This document shows, in pieces, positions 17,966-29,238 of a stretch of DNA of 32,000 nucleotides. The notes beneath the pieces were generated by a model that was not told where the DNA came from, ran no database searches, and was given only the letters and a program-made list of their open reading frames with translations. The stretch's first letter is position 1. Every line of letters begins with the position of its first letter. Source of the DNA: Vibrio vulnificus CMCP6 (GTDB taxonomy: Bacteria > Pseudomonadota > Gammaproteobacteria > Enterobacterales > Vibrionaceae); the NCBI RefSeq assembly GCF_000039765.1, contig NC_004460.2, positions 1,020,001 to 1,052,000 of the forward strand. The letters run 5' to 3'. The position numbers were made by a program, and so were the translations under genes.

Positions 17966-18913
17966 ATGAAAGCGCTCAACGATCTCAATATTTTTGTGGA
18001 AACCGCTCGACAAGGTAGCTTCTCGCAGGCCGCCAATAGTCTTGATCTCACTCCAGCTGCGGTCAGTGCCGCCATCAAAAGACTAGAAGAGCAAGTCGGT
18101 TTTCCCTTGTTTGTTCGTTCAACACGAAGCTTGCGCTTAACCAGTGACGGCGCGTTGTTTCTGCAAAAAACCACCGCGGCATTGAGTTTACTCCAAGACG
18201 GCCTAGACGAAATCAACAGCGCGCGAGGCGAGTTGGCCGGGCAACTCTACATCACCGCTCCTTCGGATTTTGGTCGCAATATGCTGCTGGAGTGGATTGA
18301 CGAATTCATCGAACAACACCCTCGAGTGACCATCAAACTCGACCTTTCCGATAGCCTGACCGATATGTACTCCAAACCTGTCGATCTGGCGATTCGCTAT
18401 GGAGAACCCGCAGACTCCAATCTGGTTGCCATCCCTCTTTGTCGTTCCAATGAGCGCATTTTGTGCGCCTCTCCCGATTATTTAGCCAGTCAGCCCCCCA
18501 TCTTGCATCCGAGTGATTTACTGCAACACAACTGCCTGTGCTATATGGTGTCTGGGGCGATTTACAACAAATGGACATTGCATTTCGAAGGGCAAAGTGA
18601 GCATGTTCTGGTCAGTGGCAATCCAACCACCAATGACAGTGAAGTCGTGCATCGACAGGCATTGAAAGGCAAAGGGGTCGCCAACAAATCGCTGATGGAC
18701 GTCAGCCAAGATATTTTGGAAGGTAAATTGGTACGCATTTTACCAGAATGGGATGGCGGCTCGGTGCCGATCTACATGATGTGCACGGATCGCCGAGCGC
18801 TCACGCCGTTAATGCGGCAGTTTCAGGAATTCGTCCAACAAAAATGCTGCCAGCAGCGCAAGGCAGTACTGGCAGCCATTGAACTCTGCGACTATTCAGG
18901 CGACGAAGGTTAA
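17966..18913 (+). CDS. LysR family transcriptional regulator
   Basis: MKALNDLNIFVETARQGSFSQAANSLDLTPAAVSAAIKRLEEQVGFPLFVRSTRSLRLTSDG. Confidence 0.95.
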   Translation: MKALNDLNIFVETARQGSFSQAANSLDLTPAAVSAAIKRLEEQVGFPLFVRSTRSLRLTSDGALFLQKTTAALSLLQDGLDEINSARGELAGQLYITAPSDFGRNMLLEWIDEFIEQHPRVTIKLDLSDSLTDMYSKPVDLAIRYGEPADSNLVAIPLCRSNERILCASPDYLASQPPILHPSDLLQHNCLCYMVSGAIYNKWTLHFEGQSEHVLVSGNPTTNDSEVVHRQALKGKGVANKSLMDVSQDILEGKLVRILPEWDGGSVPIYMMCTDRRALTPLMRQFQEFVQQKCCQQRKAVLAAIELCDYSGDEG

Positions 18914-19189
18914 TGGGCGAAGGTGCAAGTATTCCAGTAATTCTTCCTCTTCAATACGGTCTTTAAACCGTTGAAAATGCTCACTGGCGATGTGTCTATC
19001 TAGGCTCTGCTGTGAGCACCAAATTTCTTGCATTAAAAACAGCCCCTCAATTTGGTTGTCCGCAAACAGCTCATACTGGCAGCAGCCTTGTTCCTGACGC
19101 GTGGGTTCCAAGAGCGATTGCAGCAAACCGCGTACCTCGTCAACACGATCCGCATGCGCTTTTATTTCAGCAATTAAATGGATCATCAT
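18896..19189 (-). CDS. ABM-domain (antibiotic biosynthesis monooxygenase / quinol monooxygenase-like) protein
   Basis: IHLIAEIKAHADRVDEVRGLLQSLLEPTRQEQGCCQYELFADNQIEGLFLMQEIWCSQQSLDRHIASEHF. Confidence 0.88.
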   Translation of the reverse strand: MMIHLIAEIKAHADRVDEVRGLLQSLLEPTRQEQGCCQYELFADNQIEGLFLMQEIWCSQQSLDRHIASEHFQRFKDRIEEEELLEYLHLRPLTFVA

Positions 19190-19202
19190 GCGTTACCCAT
19201 CG

Positions 19203-19856
19203 TTAGATTTCGGTAAAAACAGTCTCTGCTGACCAACGTGATTTTGGCAGCTTAGCATTAAAATCGTCTTCGCTATGGTAACCCAGCGGCACAATCACCA
19301 CGCTGGTAAAGCCCTTCTCACGCAGACCAAACTCCTCATCAAGCACCTTGGCATCGAAGCCTTCAATTGGCACCGCGTCGATCTCCATCGCAGAAGCACC
19401 CAATAGCAGCGTCCCCACATTGAGGTAAACTTGCTTTTCCATCCAGTGATGCGCGTCTTTCAAGTCAAAGCGGTGCATGTTGACGAAAAATGAACGACCA
19501 GCGTGCATGCCATTTTTTGCTTCGACATCGGCAAAGCGGCCATCTTTGTCTTCGCTTTCCAAAAGGTCGAGTAGGTACGCTTCATCAATCGCCGTTTTGG
19601 CGCAGAACACCACAACGTGAGAAGCATCCAAAATCTTGCGCTCATTGAAAGCAAAACCACCTTGTGTTGCTTTGGCGATGCGCGCTTTTCCCTCTTCACT
19701 GCTCGCGACAATAAAATGCCAAGGTTGCGAGTTGACACTGGACGCACTCATGCGGATTAACTCTTTCACTGCCGCGACTTTCTCTTCAGGCAATTTGCGC
19801 GAAGCATCAAAGGCTTTGGTGGAGTAGCGGGATTGGGCAGCTTGAACAATAGTCAT
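19203..19856 (-). CDS. nfsB: NAD(P)H nitroreductase, NfsB-like
   Basis: [86 protein letters not shown]. Confidence 0.92.
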   Translation of the reverse strand: MTIVQAAQSRYSTKAFDASRKLPEEKVAAVKELIRMSASSVNSQPWHFIVASSEEGKARIAKATQGGFAFNERKILDASHVVVFCAKTAIDEAYLLDLLESEDKDGRFADVEAKNGMHAGRSFFVNMHRFDLKDAHHWMEKQVYLNVGTLLLGASAMEIDAVPIEGFDAKVLDEEFGLREKGFTSVVIVPLGYHSEDDFNAKLPKSRWSAETVFTEI

Positions 19857-20120
19857 ATTTTTCTCCGATAAAATAGCGGTAATAGGTTAAGACTCAATGT
19901 TGTTGCGAGTACTGTAAGCGTTTGAAGCACAGTGAAAAACCATCAAGCAGTGAATTCTTTTTCAAATTTTTTTTGAAAATACGTCAAGCCACAGACTCCG
20001 TAAGCAAGTCGAAGCTGACACACATCAGGCATCGAGCACGATTAAACTGGGCAGCGATTTCCGTTATACTCCCGCCACTATGACTGTTGTCAGTCAGGAC
20101 ACTCTACAAGGAAAGAAACC

Positions 20121-21419
20121 ATGCCCTCGCTCCCTCATTACGTCCATCAAGGATTAAAATTTGTCCCTCATTTTTTTACCGTTCCGCTTGATTATGATGA
20201 TCCGTCCAAAGGTACCATTGAGATCTTCGCGCGAGAAGTGAATCAACATGGCGACAATGCAGCAAACAAACCTTGGCTGGTCTATTTTCAGGGCGGTCCT
20301 GGTTTTCCTGCGGGGAGGCCGATGGGCAATAGTGGCTGGATAAAACGAGCACTGCAGCAATACCGCGTCTTGTTGCTTGATCAGCGTGGGACAGGAAACA
20401 GTAGCGTCATCAGCCACCAGACTCTTGCTCATCTCACGCCTGAGCAGCAATCGGACTACCTCAGCCTGTTTCGCGCCGACAATATCGTGCGTGATGCGGA
20501 GTTTATTCGCCTGCAGTTTGGCGTCGATAAATGGGCAATTCTCGGCCAGAGTTTTGGTGGTTTTTGCTCCCTGACCTATCTTTCCCTGTATCCAGATAGC
20601 TTGCTGCAAAGTTATATCACTGGTGGTGTGCCTTCTCTCTCTCGTCATCCCGATGAGGTTTATCAGGCGACGTTCAAGCGTACGATGGACAAAAACCAAG
20701 CCTTTTTCGCGCAATTTCCCCAAGCTCAAGCACTATGCCAGCGCATTGCAGATCATCTGCTGGAAAACGACGAGTATCTGCCAAACGGACAGCGTTTTAC
20801 GGTTGAACAGTTTCAACAGCTTGGCATTCATTTCGGCATGAGTGACACCTTCCTTTCAACCTATTACTTGTTGGAAAACGCCTTTATCGAGCTCAATGGT
20901 CAAACCGTGCTGCGCTACGAATTTTTGCATCAAATGCTGCAGCAGCAATCTTTCCACACCAACCCGATTTACGCCCTATTACACGAATCCATTTATTGCC
21001 AAGGCTTTGCTTCTCAATGGAGTGCACATCGCGTGCGCCAATCACTTGAAGCGTTTAATTATCAAAAAGGCAAAGCGTTTTATTTCACTGGCGAAATGGT
21101 GTTTCCTTGGATGTTTGAACAATACGCGACCCTACAGCCTCTCAAACAAGCGGCTGAATTGTTAGCGGCAAAAGTGGATTGGACGCCACTCTATGACGCA
21201 GAGCAACTGGCGCAAAACCGCGTCCCTGTGAGTTGTGCGGTCTACGCGGACGATATGTTTGTTGAAATGGATTTTAGCCGTGAAACCTTGGCCTTAATAC
21301 CGAACGCCAAAGCCTGGATCACCAATGAGTATGAACACAACGGCCTGCGTGCGGATGGAGAACGTATTCTTGATGTGCTGATCGCCATGGGTGAACAAAC
21401 CTTGGCGAATCAGCATTGA
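20121..21419 (+). CDS. Alpha/beta hydrolase, proline iminopeptidase-like (S33)
   Basis: LVYFQGGPGFPAGRP, VLLLDQRGTGNSSV, WAILGQSFGGFCSLTYLSLYP. Confidence 0.92.
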   Translation: MPSLPHYVHQGLKFVPHFFTVPLDYDDPSKGTIEIFAREVNQHGDNAANKPWLVYFQGGPGFPAGRPMGNSGWIKRALQQYRVLLLDQRGTGNSSVISHQTLAHLTPEQQSDYLSLFRADNIVRDAEFIRLQFGVDKWAILGQSFGGFCSLTYLSLYPDSLLQSYITGGVPSLSRHPDEVYQATFKRTMDKNQAFFAQFPQAQALCQRIADHLLENDEYLPNGQRFTVEQFQQLGIHFGMSDTFLSTYYLLENAFIELNGQTVLRYEFLHQMLQQQSFHTNPIYALLHESIYCQGFASQWSAHRVRQSLEAFNYQKGKAFYFTGEMVFPWMFEQYATLQPLKQAAELLAAKVDWTPLYDAEQLAQNRVPVSCAVYADDMFVEMDFSRETLALIPNAKAWITNEYEHNGLRADGERILDVLIAMGEQTLANQH

Positions 21420-21500
21420 TTGTAAACAGCGTTTTGACTTGTACTATGCTAGAATGCAGCCCTTTGCATTCTAGCTACCTTTATTCGTTTGAGATTAACT

Positions 21501-22697
21501 ATGTCCTTTACTCAACTCGGCTTGTGTGCGTCGCTCACTGACGCCATTGATACACTTGGCTACCCAAAACCCACTCGCATTCAAACCCAAGCCATTCCTG
21601 TCATTCTAGAAGGCCGAGATTTGATTGCGGCGGCGCAAACGGGGACAGGTAAAACCGCCAGTTTTGTTCTGCCAATGCTTGAGAAATTGCGTCATGGTCA
21701 AACACAAAAGAAAAAGCGTATCCGCGCCCTTATTTTGGTTCCAACACGCGAACTGGCGATCCAAGTCGACGAAAAAATCAAACAGTATGGGCAAAACCTA
21801 GCGCTTCGCTCATTGGCCATGTTCGGTGGCGTTGACGAAAAAGCGCAAAAACAAGCCTTAATTGAAGGTTTAGATATTCTTGTCGCCACGCCAGGACGAC
21901 TGCTGGATATGTACGGTCAACGCGCCGTCTATTTCGAAGAAATCGAGATGTTAGTGCTTGATGAAGCCGATCGCATGCTCGACATGGGCTTTATTGATGA
22001 CATCAATAAGATCCTCGATCGTTTGCCTGAAAACATTCAGCATTTGCTGTTCTCTGCCACCCTCTCGAATAAAGTGCGTGATCTGGCCAAAAGCGCCATT
22101 CACAATCCGTTCGAGATCAGCATTGCCGCGAAGCAAGCGTCTAAATCTAACATAGAGCAATGGATCATCACCGTAGACAAAGACCAAAAATCGGCCTTGC
22201 TCAGTCACTTGATCAAAGAAAATCAGTGGGATCAAACCTTGATTTTTATTGAGACCAAACATGGTGCCGCCAAGCTGGTCTCTCAGTTGGAAAAACGAGG
22301 CATCGTGGCCGAAGCCTTTCACAGTGGCCGCAGCCAAGCGGTGCGAGAGCAACTGCTGGAAGATTTTAAAGCGGGAAAAATCAAATACTTGGTGTCAACG
22401 GGCGTGGCTGCTCGTGGTATCGATATTGAAGCACTACCACGCGTGGTGAACTACGACTTGCCTTTCCCTGCCGATGAATATGTCCACCGAATTGGCCGTA
22501 CGGGTCGTGCCAATGCCAAGGGTGAAGCGATTTCATTGGTTTCAAAGGATAACTTCAAAAACCTATGCATGATTGAGAGTCGTCTCGGACACCTGCTTGA
22601 GCGCCGAGAAGTGGAAGGATTTACCCCGAAGAAAGCCGTGCCAATTTCAATTTTGAATTATGTGCCAAAACACAAAAGAAATAACCAGCCTGAATAA
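21501..22697 (+). CDS. DEAD-box ATP-dependent RNA helicase, RhlE-like
   Basis: AAAQTGTGKTASFVLP, PTRELAIQ, VLDEADRMLDMGF, FSATLS, HRIGRTGR. The ATG at 21501 (MSFTQLGLC) is preferred. Confidence 0.96.
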   Translation: MSFTQLGLCASLTDAIDTLGYPKPTRIQTQAIPVILEGRDLIAAAQTGTGKTASFVLPMLEKLRHGQTQKKKRIRALILVPTRELAIQVDEKIKQYGQNLALRSLAMFGGVDEKAQKQALIEGLDILVATPGRLLDMYGQRAVYFEEIEMLVLDEADRMLDMGFIDDINKILDRLPENIQHLLFSATLSNKVRDLAKSAIHNPFEISIAAKQASKSNIEQWIITVDKDQKSALLSHLIKENQWDQTLIFIETKHGAAKLVSQLEKRGIVAEAFHSGRSQAVREQLLEDFKAGKIKYLVSTGVAARGIDIEALPRVVNYDLPFPADEYVHRIGRTGRANAKGEAISLVSKDNFKNLCMIESRLGHLLERREVEGFTPKKAVPISILNYVPKHKRNNQPE

Positions 22698-22710
22698 TTT
22701 AAATGTAAAA

Positions 22711-22730
22711 AAGCCAGCGAAAGCTGGCTT
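22711..22730. terminator. Bidirectional terminator between helicase gene and 22744-22953
   Basis: Perfect 8-bp arms aagccagc / gctggctt, loop gaaa, A-tract upstream and T-tract downstream. Confidence 0.88.
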
Positions 22731-22743
22731 TTTTATTGTTAAA

Positions 22744-22953
22744 TTACATATTAATATGATGACGTTCTAATTCGTAAACCCCTTCAAAAGAGGTCAATTT
22801 AATTTCTATATTGGCACCAAAATACTGAAGCTTAATTAAGGGTTCTTCTTCTTTCGTTACTTTTTTTCCAAGAGTTTCTAGCACTTCAGCCATAAAGTCT
22901 TTAACAGGCTGTTCAGCCTGAGAAAGATATTGTTCCAAATCTTCGTTTTTCAT
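22744..22953 (-). CDS. Small hypothetical protein (69 aa)
   Basis: Complete acidic ORF, strong terminator downstream, and intergenic leader upstream. Confidence 0.6.
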   Translation of the reverse strand: MKNEDLEQYLSQAEQPVKDFMAEVLETLGKKVTKEEEPLIKLQYFGANIEIKLTSFEGVYELERHHINM

Positions 22954-23027
22954 TGTAGCACCTAACCCAAACTTCTCATTCTTATCATCATTTATATTGT
23001 GTACTTCTTTAATAAAAGGAGAACACT

Positions 23028-23864
23028 ATGGATATCCATAAAATAGTCCTGAACGGCAATCACTATCGCTACGCGGCCTATCGCCATCAAGAAAGTGACC
23101 AATTTGCCGTATTCTTGCTTGGCGCTTTGCAAGACATTGAAAGCGTGCAGCAATTTTCCCTTGCGTTTGCTAGCCACTTAAATGTTTTCACCATTGAAGT
23201 CCCAGGAACCGGTCGTACCGCTCCGCTGGATTCCACTATATCGATTCGCCAGCAAGCCTTGATGCTCAAAGAGTTACTCGACCATCTTGGCGTGAATCGA
23301 GCCCATGTCATGGGCTTTTCGTATGCCACCGCTGTGGCTGTGGAGCTTGTCGATATCTGGCCAAATGTGCTGAGCCTTTCTATCTGTGGCGGTGTCCCCG
23401 GCATCCCCTCTTCAGGGCGTCTCGCCACCAAACAGATGATCGCCGCCGCGATGCACAGCCCGAACCATTTTGCGCAGAGTTTTACGCACTCTCTGACCAT
23501 TCAACATCCGGATATTCCACGTAACAAGGCGATTATTCGCGCCACCGAACGAGAAATATCTAAAATGCACCAAGAACGCATTGACGTATTTTTTGAAAAC
23601 TCCGTCAGGCTATTAGTTCATACCCCAACTAATGTTAAAAACATCAATATTCCCTGCACGATTTGCGTGGGTGAATATGATCCCTACGTTACTAAAGAGG
23701 TCGCCTATGAATTTGCATCCGTACTTAAAAATAGCCATTTTGTGGTGATCAAAAATGCGGACCATCTTGTTCACTTACAACACCCAGAAACGGTCGCAGC
23801 TATTATGATCGCACAAGCCGCTTCGGCAATTTCCTTAAAGAGAACTCTGGCCAATTTAATCTAA
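23028..23864 (+). CDS. Alpha/beta hydrolase, RhlA-like
   Basis: FAVFLLGALQDIESVQQFSLAFASHLNVFTIEVPGTGRTAPL, VMGFSYATAVAVELVDIWP (nucleophile region), CVGEYDPYVTKEVAYEFASVLKNSHFVVIKNADHL. Confidence 0.8.
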   Translation: MDIHKIVLNGNHYRYAAYRHQESDQFAVFLLGALQDIESVQQFSLAFASHLNVFTIEVPGTGRTAPLDSTISIRQQALMLKELLDHLGVNRAHVMGFSYATAVAVELVDIWPNVLSLSICGGVPGIPSSGRLATKQMIAAAMHSPNHFAQSFTHSLTIQHPDIPRNKAIIRATEREISKMHQERIDVFFENSVRLLVHTPTNVKNINIPCTICVGEYDPYVTKEVAYEFASVLKNSHFVVIKNADHLVHLQHPETVAAIMIAQAASAISLKRTLANLI

Positions 23865-23898
23865 TTACAGTGGCTATTTTCAATTCTCAGTGATTTAT

Positions 23899-23933
23899 AA
23901 TCAACTCAAGTCACTGTGTAATTTGAGTTGGTT
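23899..23933. terminator. Hairpin between convergent hydrolase and regulator-like gene
   Basis: caactcaa (23902-23909) / ttgagttg (23923-23930), extended by flanking aat/gtt pairing including a G-U pair. Confidence 0.5.
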
Positions 23934-23963
23934 ATTTTCACTCAGTCGATACAGATCACAGTT

Positions 23964-24848
23964 CTATGTGTACACTTTTGATAAATGACTCAATATTTCG
24001 ATAGCGCTCTTTTTCTTGGCTCCACGCAGCTTGCTCATGGCCTCGACAATCAGCATATCGCGAACGTGCTGCACTTGGCGCAGTTGATGGAACTCTGGGA
24101 ACTGACGCATCTCGCTAGTAAAGTTAACGTGTGAGCTTAAGTGGAAACCGAGCTTAACTCGAAAGCCGATAGCAACGGGAAAATCACGAATTTTGTTTAC
24201 ATCTTCTAGGATATGATACTGATATTCCGACAACCCAAGCACTCGAGAAATGGTTTCGACCGGAATATTGTACTCCTCTCGAAAACGTTTTACGGTGATG
24301 GCAACCGAGCGGTAGTAATCAATGGCAAAGGCGTGAATATCTAAGACAGGCGGGGGTAATAAGTCATTATAGTTGGCCAATAACGAGCATTGGGATTCCA
24401 GATCCGCTTTAAAGGCGAGAAACTCTTGCCGTGTGGCTTCGTCCATTAAATTCGCCACCAACTCTAAATAGAGATTGAACTGATCACTGGGCAAACGGCC
24501 GATACACAGCAACGCTTCGATGGCTTTGTCATCCATGCCACGATACTGTTCTTTCATTTTCAGGCCATAATAAAACGTCGTCATGGGGACCATCATCACC
24601 CACGTCAGTGCCGCGACGACGTGAATGGGTCGCATTGATGGGTAACTTTGCTGCATGTAGCGCTTGAGCGTAGAGCCATTGATACCAGAAAAGCGACTTT
24701 CCAGTTGTTCAAATGAGACCCCTTGAGCACGCCTAACATAGGACATCGATACGGCCATGTCGGTATCGATGCTTTTTAGTAGCATGTCCATTTTTTCGAT
24801 TTCTTGATCAGAAACCGCTACGTTGACCCGCTCAGCTCCGTTTTTCAT
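23964..24848 (-). CDS. Putative transcriptional regulator-like protein of unknown family (HTH-like segments)
   Basis: VSFEQLESRFSGINGSTLKRYMQQSYP and IPVETISRVLGLSEYQYHILEDVNKI look like XRE-type helix-turn-helix segments. No full domain recognised with confidence. Confidence 0.55.
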   Translation of the reverse strand: MKNGAERVNVAVSDQEIEKMDMLLKSIDTDMAVSMSYVRRAQGVSFEQLESRFSGINGSTLKRYMQQSYPSMRPIHVVAALTWVMMVPMTTFYYGLKMKEQYRGMDDKAIEALLCIGRLPSDQFNLYLELVANLMDEATRQEFLAFKADLESQCSLLANYNDLLPPPVLDIHAFAIDYYRSVAITVKRFREEYNIPVETISRVLGLSEYQYHILEDVNKIRDFPVAIGFRVKLGFHLSSHVNFTSEMRQFPEFHQLRQVQHVRDMLIVEAMSKLRGAKKKSAIEILSHLSKVYT

Positions 24849-25400
24849 CGCTCTGTCTACAACTCATCCAACAGTCATTCACCTGACACTGTTTCTTATT
24901 GGTTTGGCCAGAGGAAGAAACAGAACAAAAGCTCTAATATCAATACGATACAACCGAATCTCGTTTAAAACGATGTTGAGCAGTTGTAACAATTTATGAA
25001 TTTAGATTTGGTGAGAGACCATATCAAATGTCTGGATTATGATCCAGTCTCTGCTGTTTTCTTCACCAACAATTTGATTTTCATCTTATTATTGAACGCC
25101 ATACCAAATATTTAGGCATTAAAAATCAAAGCTTTATTCCAAAAACACATAGAGTATACCAATTGGTAACTGGCGTTATCGCGGCCATAGACTGGCCACG
25201 AATCTGAACTGTATGGAAAGATAAATATACGTTTTTACTCAATAAATATTACGGATTCCTCAAAGGTAGCAATGACGAGACAGTTTGACTTTTCGTTGTT
25301 TCAAACACCGCTCACGTTAGCTCTATACTCTAACCTGACCTTGCTGGACCATCGGTTAAAGCCACTGCCTGCCTCCATGGCTAGATACGTCTGATCGTTC

Positions 25401-26303
25401 TCAGTAGAGCTCTTCACTGGCTCGGTCAAACAGCTGGGCTATCGTTGGTGCTTGGCTCCAACACCATTGCTCGGGCAGACATATCGCTTGATGATGTTGC
25501 GTGTAATCGCTGGCCATCTCACTATCCGAGTTGGCACTCATCCGCGCCAGCTCATCCAACAACTGCCATTCGCTTTCCGACGCAATAGGATGCATCGGTT
25601 GTTCTATCATCCCCCAACCGCAGTCCCAAGCCAGTAGTTCCATTGATGTCAGCGCAAATAAATCGCGCACCAGGTTGGCTTTCAGATAGGGCGTGCCACG
25701 AAGCTGCATAATGCCACATCGCTTTGCTACCACTTTGCCTTCTCGAACGGCCAGCCACATCTCACCAGCCGTCAGGAAAATGCCATCGGGTAGATCAAGT
25801 GGGTCAAAGTCGAACTTCAAGACTTGCTGGTGAATGTCATCTAGCTGTGGGTCAACCTTAATCCATCGTTGCTGCTGGGTATGCCAATACTCGCAAATCC
25901 AATGATCTTCCCATTTTCCTCGGCGTAGATAGCAAGCAAAACCGCATCTCAACCGCGCAGGAATACCATGATGACGCAGCAAACTGCACAGTAGCAGTGA
26001 GAAATCCCGGCAGATACCAATCACTCGTTTGGCTTGCGGTTTATCACCTAATACCCATCCTTCAGTACGCTTGGCTAACTCTGCCAAGATCTCTTGCGCC
26101 GTTCTCAGTTGCATCTCACTAAACCGCTCGCTGAATGGCTTGGAGACGCCATATTTTTCAAGCCAGTAGGCATGAATCAGGTTATGCTGAACCAAACGAA
26201 CCATTGCGGCAATATCGTCTGGTATCGGATGTTCTGTATTGAGAAATTGGCCGGGGTGGGTAAAAAAGCTTTGTTGCGTGTATTTCGCCAACTGTGTTTC
26301 CAT
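25401..26303 (-). CDS. Transglutaminase-like domain protein
   Basis: VIGICRDFSLLLCSLLRHHGIPARLRCGFACYL ... WEDHWICEYWHTQQQRWIKVDPQLDD: Cys/His/Asp transglutaminase-like core. Confidence 0.88.
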   Translation of the reverse strand: METQLAKYTQQSFFTHPGQFLNTEHPIPDDIAAMVRLVQHNLIHAYWLEKYGVSKPFSERFSEMQLRTAQEILAELAKRTEGWVLGDKPQAKRVIGICRDFSLLLCSLLRHHGIPARLRCGFACYLRRGKWEDHWICEYWHTQQQRWIKVDPQLDDIHQQVLKFDFDPLDLPDGIFLTAGEMWLAVREGKVVAKRCGIMQLRGTPYLKANLVRDLFALTSMELLAWDCGWGMIEQPMHPIASESEWQLLDELARMSANSDSEMASDYTQHHQAICLPEQWCWSQAPTIAQLFDRASEELY

Positions 26304-26441
26304 AACGTCCCTGTTACGTTTTTCTTTTAGTATATGGGACTTGTTGCGCTAACACGTGACGGTTCTTGCGGTCTCCCTCGCAGCAAAAATACCAACTATT
26401 TACAGTTCGCTTTTTAAACAGAAATTATTAAGGAGAGAGTC

Positions 26442-26978
26442 ATGTACAGTGAGGTTCTGACATTTTGGTTTGAACAGCTACAACCGAAAGATTGGTTTTC
26501 TGGCGGTGACGATACCGATCGCATGATCACTGATAAGTTTCGCTCGCTGTTAATGCAAGCGGCACAGTGTGAATTGGTAGAATGGCGGCAACATCCTCAA
26601 GGACGGTTGGCAGAGATCATCGTGCTCGATCAATTTTCTCGAAATGTTTTCCGTGGCACGCCACAAGCCTTCGCTCAAGATCCGCTGGCGCTGGCTCTCG
26701 CTCAGGAAGCCGTAGCCCTCGGAGCCGATGGCGAACTGTCACTCCAAGAGAAAAGCTTTCTCTACATGCCATACATGCACAGTGAATCGCCGTTCATCCA
26801 TCAAGAAGCGGTGCGCTTATTTGCACAACCTGGGCTGGAGCACAACTACGATTTCGAGCTGCGCCACAAAGCCATTATCGATCAGTTTGGCCGCTACCCT
26901 CACCGCAATGCCATTTTAGGCCGCGAGAGCACTCCGGAAGAGGTGGAATTTCTCAAACAGCCGGGTTCAGGATTCTAG
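26442..26978 (+). CDS. DUF924 family protein
   Basis: MYSEVLTFWFEQLQPKDWFSGGDDTDRMITDKF, IIVLDQFSRNVFRGTPQAFAQDPLALALA, FLYMPYMHSES, RHKAIIDQFGRYPHRNAILGRES. Confidence 0.93.
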   Translation: MYSEVLTFWFEQLQPKDWFSGGDDTDRMITDKFRSLLMQAAQCELVEWRQHPQGRLAEIIVLDQFSRNVFRGTPQAFAQDPLALALAQEAVALGADGELSLQEKSFLYMPYMHSESPFIHQEAVRLFAQPGLEHNYDFELRHKAIIDQFGRYPHRNAILGRESTPEEVEFLKQPGSGF

Positions 26979-27060
26979 CAACCGTATCTAACTAAGAACG
27001 GTAACGAAAACAGAGGCACACGACGGTGCCTCCTCTCATATCGGTATCTCTAACGTCAGA

Positions 27061-28974
<1,914 letters not shown>

Positions 28975-29150
28975 TCAGAAAATAACCACCAGCCAACTTC
29001 ACCAAAAAAATGTTTTTACGCCCTGTATAGAAACTCTGACGCAATGTTATACAAAGAATCCATCTCACTGCGATTTCGTTTCAAATTTAATTTTATAAAT
29101 CATAGCGATAAACACTAGTAATAAAATTGTGCTTTTTCTTTTTTACGCAG

Positions 29151-29169
29151 ATTTATCAATAAGATAAAT
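29151..29169. promoter_or_regulatory. Palindrome ATTTATC-AATAA-GATAAAT; candidate SmcR/LuxR-type operator
   Basis: Perfect 7-bp arms. The minus-strand TTATTGATAAAT matches one half of the SmcR/LuxR-type consensus. Confidence 0.45.
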
Positions 29170-29238
29170 GGGACAGTCATCTCAGAAATAAAGTTACAAA
29201 TTTGATTTATTAATGTTACATGCATGTAGGAAATAACT

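Noticed and set aside
17566-18216. 216-aa minus-strand ORF spanning the thioesterase end, the terminator and the LysR start
   Set aside because: Antisense shadow of two well-supported genes; low-complexity, Ser/Arg-rich product with no family signature, and it crosses a strong terminator.
20154-20729. 191-aa minus-strand ORF inside the S33 hydrolase gene
   Set aside because: Antisense to a strongly supported coding region; the product looks like random translation.
21951-22352. Minus-strand ORF inside the DEAD-box helicase gene
   Set aside because: Overlaps conserved helicase motifs on the opposite strand.
23028-24848. Toxin-antitoxin or phage-defence interpretation of the hydrolase/regulator pair
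   Set aside because: The genes are convergent rather than co-transcribed, the sizes do not fit a typical TA pair, and no nuclease, NTPase or other defence effector motif is visible nearby.
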